DNA from: Chitinophagaceae bacterium
Lineage (GTDB): Bacteria; Bacteroidota; Bacteroidia; Chitinophagales; REEL01
DNA: 64,000 bases
Assembly: GCA_007695095.1 (NCBI GenBank)
Contig: REEL01000107.1
Coordinates: 961-64,960 of the forward strand
Direction: 5' to 3'
Shown: positions 9,315 through 18,500 of the stretch, piece after piece
Numbering within the stretch: the stretch's first letter is position 1
How the letters are laid out: each line of letters begins with the position of its first letter
The notes under the pieces: model-generated
What the model was told of the DNA's origin: nothing
What the model saw: the letters and a program-made list of their open reading frames with translations, nothing else
Database searches by the model: none
Program-made: the position numbers and the translations under genes

Positions 9315-10748
9315 ATGGGGAACTTCTACACACTTTTATCTGCAAAACATTTCACTTTAACCTTTATTTTTAGCTTGTTCTTATGCATGAACATTCTATA
9401 TGCACAGCATGTAGAAACGGTTAATTCGGGCAATTGGAGTTCAACGAATACCTGGAGTACAGGGAGTTTGCCTACTCAAAACGATTCAATTGTAATTAAA
9501 CATGACGTACTGTTTAATGTTAATTTTACAGTTAATAATGTAATAAACATTGAATCAGGAGTTGGTTTAGTTTATTCGGGAAATAACAGAAAGTTGACTC
9601 TCTCACCCGGGTCGCGATTGCATAATAATGGCAATCTTAAGATTCAGAAAGTAGATAATAACGCCGGTACAATTAATAATTACGGAATTTTTGAAAGTTC
9701 AGATGAACTTAATAACAATCCAATATTAGCTCAGGGGGCTGTTTTAGAAGATGCTGTGATTAATAATTACGGAGATATGATTGTAAAAAATCCGGGTAAT
9801 GGTGCCAGTGCCAAATTAAATAATAATGGCGGAAGCATATACAACTATAATTATTTGATGGTTTCTGATTTGAATAATAATGAGCCCGGTTTTATTTATA
9901 TTGATGAAGATGGAATGATAGAAACAGATAGACCGGTTCAGAATAATGGTACAATTTACAATAACGGTGTTTTTTACAGTCCTTCAAATTTCATTAATAA
10001 TAATGGTACAATTACCGGTAATGGTGGCTCGTTTGTATTAGAGAGTAACTTCATCATGAATAATAACGGAATTGCTACATGCGATGGGGGTCCAATAGAT
10101 ATATGTGGTCCTGATGGAACAATGCCGGGAGGTACCGGATTAAATAATATTGATCCAAACTGCGTGTCTGTGTGTGGTGTACTTCAGTCTGCACTCCCTG
10201 TTGAGTTACTATACTTTGATGTCCGGTTAAATGATAAGCAAGTAGAATTGGAGTGGAGTACTTCTACAGAAATTAATAATGATTACTTTCAGATATTAAA
10301 AAGCTATGATGCTAATAATTGGGAAGTGATACAAACGGTAAAAAGTCAGAATCCAAACAGTGTAGAACAGCTTACTTATTCAACTACCGATTATGATTAT
10401 AATGCGGGTGTAAGCATTACTTATTATCGCTTGAAGCAAGTAGACTTTGACGGAACGGATGAATATTTTGAAATAAAATCAGTATCACAGAATTTACTTA
10501 AGAATATAGAAGTTAGTGTTTACCCAAATCCGGTTGTTGATGTATTGTTTTTGAGAGCAGATAAACTTTCTGTAGACAATATTGTTGTAGAAATTGTGAA
10601 CACCATGGGGCAATCTGTATTTAAGTTCATATATGACACATTGCCTTCTGAAGGAATTTCAACTCAGAATTTAGCTCCCGGATTATATAATCTCATTGTT
10701 TATTCTGAAGGTAAAAAATTACTATCAGAACCACTTATCAAAAAGTAA
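9315..10748 (+). CDS. secreted Asn-rich repeat protein with T9SS type-A C-terminal sorting domain
   Basis: Signal peptide; 'GNWSSTNTWSTGSLPTQNDSIVI' lead-in; repeated 'NN(Y/N)G' turns; a pre-CTD domain 'LPVELLYFDV...YYRLKQVDFDG'. The C-terminus 'VYPNPVVDVLFL...GLYNLIVYSEGKKLLSEPLIKK' is of the Por_Secre_tail type. Confidence 0.8.
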   Translation: MGNFYTLLSAKHFTLTFIFSLFLCMNILYAQHVETVNSGNWSSTNTWSTGSLPTQNDSIVIKHDVLFNVNFTVNNVINIESGVGLVYSGNNRKLTLSPGSRLHNNGNLKIQKVDNNAGTINNYGIFESSDELNNNPILAQGAVLEDAVINNYGDMIVKNPGNGASAKLNNNGGSIYNYNYLMVSDLNNNEPGFIYIDEDGMIETDRPVQNNGTIYNNGVFYSPSNFINNNGTITGNGGSFVLESNFIMNNNGIATCDGGPIDICGPDGTMPGGTGLNNIDPNCVSVCGVLQSALPVELLYFDVRLNDKQVELEWSTSTEINNDYFQILKSYDANNWEVIQTVKSQNPNSVEQLTYSTTDYDYNAGVSITYYRLKQVDFDGTDEYFEIKSVSQNLLKNIEVSVYPNPVVDVLFLRADKLSVDNIVVEIVNTMGQSVFKFIYDTLPSEGISTQNLAPGLYNLIVYSEGKKLLSEPLIKK

Positions 10749-10790
10749 GCCAAATAAACAAAAAGTTAAAAAAGTAAAATAATGCGAATA

Positions 10791-10819
10791 AAAAAGAGAG
10801 GCAAATGCCTCTCTTTTTT
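10791..10819 (+). terminator. rho-independent terminator
   Basis: 'AAAAAGAGAGGC-AAAT-GCCTCTCTTTTTT' forms a perfect GC-containing stem flanked by an A-tract and a T-tract, 43 nt after the stop at 10748. Confidence 0.8.
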
Positions 10820-11053
10820 ATTGTAAAAAGTCCTCCAAATTCACTGTAGTGCTCATGTTTATAAATTGCGCTTATTTAGAATAGTAAAAAAAGATTATAA
10901 GATTTAAAAACATTGATTTAATTGCTGATTTCTAATCTAAAAAAAATCTTAAAAAAAACTTGCATTAGTAAATTATCGCTTGTATCTTGCATTCGAATTA
11001 GTTAATCAAGCAAAAAACTTTTTCACATTTACACACAATCAAAAATTAAGCTT

Positions 11054-14000
11054 ATGAAGTATTTTTTACACCTTTCGTTTTTTCTCATTTTGGGAATGGG
11101 CGTTTCAGCTCAAACCGGACCAGGCGGTATTGGTAATTCCGACAACAACGTTCTTTGGCTAAAAGTCGATGGAGATGTTGATATAGCTAATGATCGAATT
11201 AGTACATTATATGACATGTCAGGTCGGGATAATCATGCTACACAGACTATAGTTGGTCAAAGACCTGCTATAGGAACCGGCGGTAGAAATGGAAAGCCTT
11301 ATATTGACTTTCAGGGAATCTGGGAGTATTTGGTAATTCCTGATAAGGGATATTCTACCGGGTTAGATAGTATATCAAATTTGACGATGTACACCATGAT
11401 AGTTCCTACAGACGTTAAAAACTCTAATGCTGAAGCAGATGCTCAGGCAATATTGTCCAGAAGAAACCCTAATGCTTCTAGTCCCTGGAACAGTTCTTCT
11501 TATTCTTTTTTATTCTGGAACAACCGTCAGTATATGGCTGATATCAATGGTGATACGCACAGAAATAACAACAGAACTCCCGCAGGTACTATTACAGAGG
11601 ATGCTCCACATATTTTGGGGACTATTTTTGAAGGTCAATCATCAACAAATTCACAGGCGCGTACATCCCATTGGATTAATGGTTCTTTTTCGAGAAGAGG
11701 TAATGAAGGGGCTAACGAAAGTATGATAGCCAGAAATGAATGGCCATTGACAATAGGTGCGTTGGACTCGAGTGCAACAGCTCAGTATAAGCTACTGGAA
11801 GGTCAGGTTTATGAAATTATAATGTTCAGTGACTCTCTAAATAAAACACAAAGAACAATTTTAACGAATTATTTATCATCTAAATACGATGTAAATATTG
11901 GAAGCAGAGACAGATATGCACACGATGCGTTTGGAACAGGTAATTGGTTCGGAAATGATGTAGCCGGTATTGGGTTAGAAAGTGCAGCTGGTAATGACAA
12001 GCATGTTTTTGGTTTTTCAGACATTTTAGGAGTTGGAAACCCTTCTCAAATGATTGGTTCTGAAGATATTGGTAATTACCTCCTTTTTGGTCATAATGGT
12101 AGAGAAAAATCAGATCTTGAATCTACAATTATCGGTCAAAGTGATGTTAAAAGAATGAGAAGAACATGGAGATTGGACGAGACGCAAAGTAATAGCCAGG
12201 TAAATCCTACAGGTGTTGGTACCGTTTCTTTTTTCGTAAAAGCAGACGAAATGCCTCCTTTGCCTTCCGGCTTAACTTCTTATGCCGTTTTGGTCGCTTC
12301 TAGTTCTACTTTTCAAAATAATTTAACAGTTTATGAATTAGCATTAGATAGTAATGGTCTTTATTATCAGGCTGATGATATTTCTTTTGAAGACGGAGAT
12401 TATGTAACTATAGGCGCTTTCCGTCCGGAGTTGCGTTTTACGCATCCGGTTGCCAGTACTTTCGAGAATCAAGGTCCTGCGCAAATAGAAGTTTCTCTTA
12501 ATTATGTACCGGCTTTTGATGTTACAGTTGATTATTTTACTACTGCAGGTTCAGCTAACCCGGGCACGGATCCAATAGTTTTCGGTGACCCTAATAATGC
12601 CTACCAATTGCAGTGTTTTACTGAGGCAGAACAAATTGCTTTTTTTGGCTCACATCTTTATGTTAAAGAAGATTATGCTGACACTTCCGGTACGCTAACA
12701 TTCCTTCCCGGAGAACAAACAAAGAATATATATGTGACTATTTGGGATAACGGTTGTTTTGACGGAACCAGAAATTTTGAAGTTACTTTAGATAATGTAT
12801 CACCATCTTCTGTAGATATAGTCATTGACAATCAATTGCATAACATATTAGATGATGATGACGGTCGTTTGATGCAGTTTACTACAGATAGCTCTTTTGT
12901 TACAGAAGGAGATATAACTTATTTAGAGGTTGAAATTATATTAACGGATCCTGCAGGCGGGCCTATAGAGGTGGATATTTATAATGTGATTAGTAGCACT
13001 ACCGCAGTTTTAGGAGTTGATTATGACTTTGACCATTCTTATACCACTCAGGCTTTTGCCGGTGAGTTTTTACACACAGCTACTGTAACGATCCCTGCCG
13101 GAGATACTGTTTTTAATTTCAGAGTTGAGATTATAGATAATGATATCTTCCAGTTAGAAGAATACTTAACAATTAAGATGGATGCACCAACAATAGGTGC
13201 AAGAATTAAAACAGATAATACTTCTTTTGATTATGCAAAACATGTTATTCGTATAGATGACAATGACCCTTTCCCTGTAGTTAGTTTTGTTGCAGATACA
13301 TCCAGTGGATGTGAATGTCTGGCTAACCCTCAGTTTGAGTTGACTATGGATAGAAGAGCTTCTGTTCCAATTGAAGTGAACTGGTATGCTTCTGATATAT
13401 CAGCGAGAAGAACAGGTACTAAACTTGATTATTATATTTCAGGAACAAGCACCTTACGTTTTGAGCCGGGAGATACAACAACCTTCATCGAAGAGATTAT
13501 TGTAATTGACAATACAAAAGAAGAGCCGAATCGCTGGATTGATATTTCATTAATAGATGATGCTCAGTATGCAACTATTGGTGCAATTGATACGCACAGA
13601 TACACTATTATAGATGACGATGTTTGGGGTATAACCGGTCCGGGCGGAGTTGGAGATTCTATATATAATATAGTATGGTTGGCAGCAGATGCTTTAAATT
13701 TGAATGATGGTGATGCAGTTTCAGCATGGCTTGATAAGTCAGGGAATGATAATGCGGCAGTAAATAACAATGGTAACCAACCGGTTTACAGGCCCGCAGG
13801 TACATTCTTTAATGATAAGCCATATATAGAGTTTAATGGAAGTGCCAGTCCTTTGGAAATACCGAATAATCAGATTTTTGATTTCTTAACGGAGACTACT
13901 ATATATGCAATTGTACAGCCTAATGCCTCTAGTCAGAGTGACTTGGTGCCAATTGTTTCGAAAAGAGTTAATCATAATAGTCAAAATGCTTATTCAATGT

Positions 14001-15433
14001 TTTTTAACTCCAGAAGATTTGTATCTGACTTTAATTCAGATAATCAAAGAAGAGAATCTAATCAACAGTTTAATCTTTCTGAGTTGAACTCACCGCAAAT
14101 GTTGAGTACTTCCTATAAAGGATCCAATGTTGGTGCTGATAGAAATGAAATGCGTATAGATGGTGCAGAAATAGCTTACAGGAACAATCCGAACTATTCT
14201 GAGCCTTACATAGTGAATACATCTGCACCATTCAGAATTGGTCAGTTAACAGGAAATACAACTCTTGCCAGAATGGATATCGCTGAGGTTTTAGTTTTCA
14301 GAAGTGCTCTTAATGAAGCCAGAAAGCGAATTGTTGAAAATTACCTATCAGCTAAATATGGAATTTCTATTTCAAATAACTATTTCCAGTATGAAACTTC
14401 ACATTCTTTTGAAGTAGCCGGAATTGGAAGAGTAAGCGAAACCAGTCTACATAATAATGCGAGAGGATCTGCAATTTTAACGATTGGAATGCCTCAAAAC
14501 CTTGAAGATGGTGAGTTTATGATTTGGGGTCACGATAATGCAGGTTATTCAAACGATACCTTAGATGTCCCGGCTTTAGTTAGCGAGAGAATTGAGCAGG
14601 TATGGAGAGTATCAACCTCTAAAGAGGGTGCTTTTGGATCGGCCAATATCGGTACTGTAAGAGCAACTTTTGATGTTGAGGAGATTACATTATTACCTGA
14701 CCACGAATATGTGTTGTTAATAAATAATGACTTTGATAATGACCCTACATTTACAAATGCATTTGTTCAATCAAATGGGGTCTTTAATCCAACAACCGGA
14801 CAAGTGCAGTTTAATAATACAAACTTCTCAGATGGAGATGCCTTTACTTTAGGTCAGGCTCAAATTACTCCACTGCCGGTTGAATTGATTGCATTTGATG
14901 CAGTGAAAGAAGGTACTGCCGTAAATGTTTACTGGGCAACTGCTACAGAGATAGATTCTGACTACTTTATTGTAGAAAGATCAGCTAATGCTGAAGATTA
15001 CAAAGCTATACAAGTAGTAGAAGCAGCTGGAAACAGCGTAGAAGAAATCTTCTATCAAATAAAAGATGAAGATCCTTACAGCGGAGTAAACTATTACAGA
15101 TTGAAGCAAGTAGACTTTGATGGCTCTCACGAATACTTCGGTCCTGTATATGTAGTATTTGGTGACAAGAGTGATAAATTTGCTTTCTCTGTATTCCCTA
15201 ATCCTGTGAAAGATCACAAAATTAATATTTATTTGAGCGGTTGTTCAGGAAAAACTTATCAGGTCTTATTATCAGATAACAGTGGAAGAAGCTGGAATAT
15301 CGGCGAGGTAAAATGCACAGACAGCAAGCGTGAAACCCTTACTGTAAACAGAGAAATTCCTTCGGGAGTATATAATCTGTTAATGATAGATGAAGACAGA
15401 AAGACTTATGGATATCAAATTATTATAAAATAA
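11054..15433 (+). CDS. large secreted protein: two LamG-like supermodules flanking three Calx-beta-like domains, T9SS type-A CTD
   Basis: Signal peptide 'LILGMGVSAQ'. The Calx-beta-type blocks are 'VDYFTTAGSA...GTLTFLPGEQTKNIYVTIWDN', 'GVDYDF...VTIPAGDTVFNFRVEIIDND' and 'LDYYISGTSTLRFEPGDTTTFIEEIIVIDN'. It also has the pre-CTD 'LPVELIAFDA...YYRLKQVDFDG' and the CTD 'VFPNPVKDHKINIY...GVYNLLMIDE'. The LamG assignment rests on motifs only. Confidence 0.8.
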   Translation: MKYFLHLSFFLILGMGVSAQTGPGGIGNSDNNVLWLKVDGDVDIANDRISTLYDMSGRDNHATQTIVGQRPAIGTGGRNGKPYIDFQGIWEYLVIPDKGYSTGLDSISNLTMYTMIVPTDVKNSNAEADAQAILSRRNPNASSPWNSSSYSFLFWNNRQYMADINGDTHRNNNRTPAGTITEDAPHILGTIFEGQSSTNSQARTSHWINGSFSRRGNEGANESMIARNEWPLTIGALDSSATAQYKLLEGQVYEIIMFSDSLNKTQRTILTNYLSSKYDVNIGSRDRYAHDAFGTGNWFGNDVAGIGLESAAGNDKHVFGFSDILGVGNPSQMIGSEDIGNYLLFGHNGREKSDLESTIIGQSDVKRMRRTWRLDETQSNSQVNPTGVGTVSFFVKADEMPPLPSGLTSYAVLVASSSTFQNNLTVYELALDSNGLYYQADDISFEDGDYVTIGAFRPELRFTHPVASTFENQGPAQIEVSLNYVPAFDVTVDYFTTAGSANPGTDPIVFGDPNNAYQLQCFTEAEQIAFFGSHLYVKEDYADTSGTLTFLPGEQTKNIYVTIWDNGCFDGTRNFEVTLDNVSPSSVDIVIDNQLHNILDDDDGRLMQFTTDSSFVTEGDITYLEVEIILTDPAGGPIEVDIYNVISSTTAVLGVDYDFDHSYTTQAFAGEFLHTATVTIPAGDTVFNFRVEIIDNDIFQLEEYLTIKMDAPTIGARIKTDNTSFDYAKHVIRIDDNDPFPVVSFVADTSSGCECLANPQFELTMDRRASVPIEVNWYASDISARRTGTKLDYYISGTSTLRFEPGDTTTFIEEIIVIDNTKEEPNRWIDISLIDDAQYATIGAIDTHRYTIIDDDVWGITGPGGVGDSIYNIVWLAADALNLNDGDAVSAWLDKSGNDNAAVNNNGNQPVYRPAGTFFNDKPYIEFNGSASPLEIPNNQIFDFLTETTIYAIVQPNASSQSDLVPIVSKRVNHNSQNAYSMFFNSRRFVSDFNSDNQRRESNQQFNLSELNSPQMLSTSYKGSNVGADRNEMRIDGAEIAYRNNPNYSEPYIVNTSAPFRIGQLTGNTTLARMDIAEVLVFRSALNEARKRIVENYLSAKYGISISNNYFQYETSHSFEVAGIGRVSETSLHNNARGSAILTIGMPQNLEDGEFMIWGHDNAGYSNDTLDVPALVSERIEQVWRVSTSKEGAFGSANIGTVRATFDVEEITLLPDHEYVLLINNDFDNDPTFTNAFVQSNGVFNPTTGQVQFNNTNFSDGDAFTLGQAQITPLPVELIAFDAVKEGTAVNVYWATATEIDSDYFIVERSANAEDYKAIQVVEAAGNSVEEIFYQIKDEDPYSGVNYYRLKQVDFDGSHEYFGPVYVVFGDKSDKFAFSVFPNPVKDHKINIYLSGCSGKTYQVLLSDNSGRSWNIGEVKCTDSKRETLTVNREIPSGVYNLLMIDEDRKTYGYQIIIK
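11114..12421 (+). repeat. intragenic protein-level duplication, copy A (aa ~21-456 of the 1459-aa protein)
   Basis: Runs from 'TGPGGIGNSDNNVLWLKVDG...' through 'LTNYLSSKYDVNIG...' and 'MRRTWRLDE...' to 'FEDGDYVTIGAF'. It aligns motif for motif with copy B. Confidence 0.7.
13631..14860 (+). repeat. intragenic protein-level duplication, copy B (aa ~860-1269)
   Basis: Runs from 'ITGPGGVGDSIYNIVWLAADA...' through 'VENYLSAKYGISIS...' and 'IEQVWRVST...' to 'FSDGDAFTLGQA'. The motif order is the same as in copy A. The divergence is at protein level only, with no long nucleotide identity. Confidence 0.7.
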
Positions 15434-15445
15434 AATTTAAAATAC

Positions 15446-15482
15446 AGTCAATCATTCGGTTTTTTATATCGAATGGTTGACT
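15446..15482 (+). other. intergenic RNA hairpin between the two giant T9SS cargo genes
   Basis: 'AGTCAATCATTCG' pairs with 'CGAATGGTTGACT' over 13 bp with one G-U, around an 11-nt U-rich loop. No T-tract follows. It overlaps the TTG that the ORF track used as a start. Confidence 0.5.
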
Positions 15483-15503
15483 TTCTCATTACAAACAACT
15501 ATT

Positions 15504-18500
15504 ATGCAATCAAATTTAAAATGCGTTTATATTATGGATACTTTAGTCAGTACACTTAAAAAGCGATGTTGGAGCTGGAAAAATAAATTTTCACTCGGAC
15601 TCGCGATTGCCTTGGGACTTTCGTCCCTAACCCTCAAAACAACAGCTCAAGATCGTTGCGACGATTTTAGCGTTGCTCCCGGACAAGTGATTAACAACAC
15701 TTGTAATCAGTTAAACTTCCCTACAAATTGCTATGCAACGGAAGTAATAGAGTATCAACCGGGTCTTAATAATTTAGGACAACCGGTTATTGATGTAAGA
15801 AGAGACTCTACCAAAGCGTTAGGTCCACCTGATTACAACAATGCTCAAGGTGTAGTAAATTTCGTAACTCTTGGTTTTGGTGGTCACATTATTTTGAAGT
15901 TTGAAAACCCTATCCTGAATGGACCGGGCCCGGACTTGCTTTATGTTGAGACTACTTGGGGAAACAATAACAATTGTGCCCTTTACCCTGAAAGAGCTGA
16001 AGTTTATGCATCTCAGGACAATGTTACCTATTACTATATTGGCGAAACTTGTCTTGATGGTGTTTTTGATTTAGATAATGCAGTTGATGATATGGGTAAT
16101 CCAGTTTATCTTCCAAATGCACAGTATTTTAAAATTCTGGATATTTCAGATCCTAATGACTTCAGCTTAAGTGCTACTTCTGATGGAATTGAAGTTGACG
16201 GATTGCAGTGTTTAAATGGAACAACTGTGGCTATGCCTGATGGAGACGGTTCAATTAACCTGGATGTTTCAGGTGGTAATGAGCCTTATATTTTTCAGTG
16301 GTCTACAGGAGATCAAACAATTGACTTAAATGATTTAGGTGCAGGTACTTTTGATGTAACTGTTTTGGATCAAATTGATGCAAATGGTTTAATTTGTACT
16401 GCAACCGCTTCTATAGAAATTATGGCACCGGACCCTTTGGAAATACATGCAGTTTCTGTACAAAATCCAACTTGCCCCGGTGTTAACAATGGTTCTATTG
16501 AAATAGATATTACAGGTGGAACAGCTCCTTATGATATTAACTGGGCAGGATTAACAAATGTTACTTCTACAGCCCTTACTAATATTGGTGCTAATGATTA
16601 CACGGTAATCGTTACAGATGCTAATGGTTGCGAAAGCTTCGCAAGCTTTAATTTGCAAGACCCGGCCGGAAATTTCTTTTTGGATTATGATGTAACGAAT
16701 GCAAGTTGCTTAGGGCAGGCTGATGGTTCAATAGAGGTTTTAAGTGTTGGTTGTATTGTATCTTTTACTCCACCATATACTTTTTCATTAGGTAAGCCCG
16801 ATGGATCTGTAGAAGTGTCTGCGGATGGTTTATTTGAAAACTTACCAAATGGTGAGTATGAGTTAATGATTGAAGATGCAAATGGTAATCAAGATGTTGC
16901 ATTTGTAGTAGTTAGTGCAGATGACTTCATAGATATTTCAATTGATGAAATAAATCACGTAACTTGTTTTGGTGGTAATGATGGTTCAGTTTCTCTTAAC
17001 ATCACAGGATGTGCAGGAAATTATAACATTGACTGGAATGGAGTTGATCCAAATGCTTTATCTGCCGGAACTTATACTGTTGAAGTAACTGATGCTGATG
17101 GAAATACTTCATCTTTAGATTATACTATTAATCAAGCTGATGAAATTCAGGTATTATTAGTTCAGCCGGGAACAAGTTGTTCAGTAAATGCTACTGTAAA
17201 CTTTGGTGTAGAGCCTTACACTTTTGAGTGGACTAACATTATGGATGCTAACTTTTCAGCAAGTACAAAAAACCTTACAAATGTTACCCCGGGCTTATAT
17301 AACTTAAAAGTTACAGATGATAACGGATGTATTAAAGAACAATTTATTAGTTTAATGAACTGTACTCCACAACAAGGACCTCTTGATTGTCTTGGTGTTG
17401 AAAACGGCGATGCTGAAGTTGATGATTGCGGTGTATGTTTAGCCGGTGGAGATACGAATCCTGACTGGAATACTTCATGTACAGATTGTGCCGGAATAGT
17501 AAATGGAACAGCAGTAGTTGACGATTGTGGTGACTGTATAGCAGATGGAACTGCAAACCCTGATTTCAATGCTTCATGTACAGATTGTGCCGGAATAGTA
17601 AATGGAACAGCAGTAGTTGACGATTGCGGTGACTGTATCGCCGGTGGAACTGCAAGTGCTGATTATAATGCTTCATGTACAGATTGTGCCGGAGATTTAT
17701 TCGGTAATGCAATTATTGATAATTGTGGAGATTGTGTTGAAGGTTCTACCGGTTTGACAGCTTGTGCTGCAGATTGTAATGGAGACTTTGGCGGAACTGC
17801 ATTTATTGATGATTGTGGTGTTTGTGCTGAAGGTAATACCGGATTAGTTGCAAACGCAGATCAGGATGATTGCGGAATATGTAATGGAAATAATGAAGAT
17901 CAGGATTGTGCCGGAGATTGTTTTGGTACAGCAGTAGTTGATGATTGCGGTGATTGTGTTGGTGGTTCTACCGGTGCAACTGCATGTGTAATCGTTGATG
18001 ACTTAATTCTTACTTCAATGTGTTCAGATGATCCTGCAACAGAAAGAAGATGGAGAGTTAGAAATAATAACTCATTTGATGTATCATTTGACTGGTCAGT
18101 AGTTGGAACAAGCCAAACAGGCTCAGCTATTGCAGCTTCAGGTGATAACTTCTTCTATACAAATACAGTATCTGGTCCTAATACTACTATAGTATCATGG
18201 GTTGATGGTGCAGGAAATGCTCAGCAGACAGTTAAGGCAAGTGGTGGCGCTCAGTGTCCTCCTCCTCCAACTCCTGTTTGTGATATAACTGCTTCTGTAG
18301 ATAGAGATTATATAGAAATATGTGAAGGCGGATCAGCTCAGTTAGAGGCTTCTGGTGGAGATTCATATACATGGATACCTTCTGCCGGTTTAACTGATGC
18401 TAATATTGCTAACCCGAAAGCTTCTCCTTCATCAACTACAACTTATCAGGTGATAGTTGAAGGATTAGGTGGAAACTTAATTCAAAACGGAGACTTCGAA

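Noticed and set aside
10940-11010. Direct repeat of 'CTTGCATT' (twice, about 29 nt apart start to start) upstream of the 1459-aa gene, considered as a regulator-binding site.
   Set aside because: An 8-mer repeated once in a 300-nt AT-rich intergenic region is within chance expectation. There is no palindromic symmetry and no similar site upstream of the neighbouring cargo genes.
17216-17569. Antisense ORFs (117 aa and 69 aa) inside the Cys-rich repeat region of the giant gene.
   Set aside because: They lie entirely within a well-supported plus-strand CDS. Their apparent periodicity simply mirrors the 99-bp repeat on the other strand.
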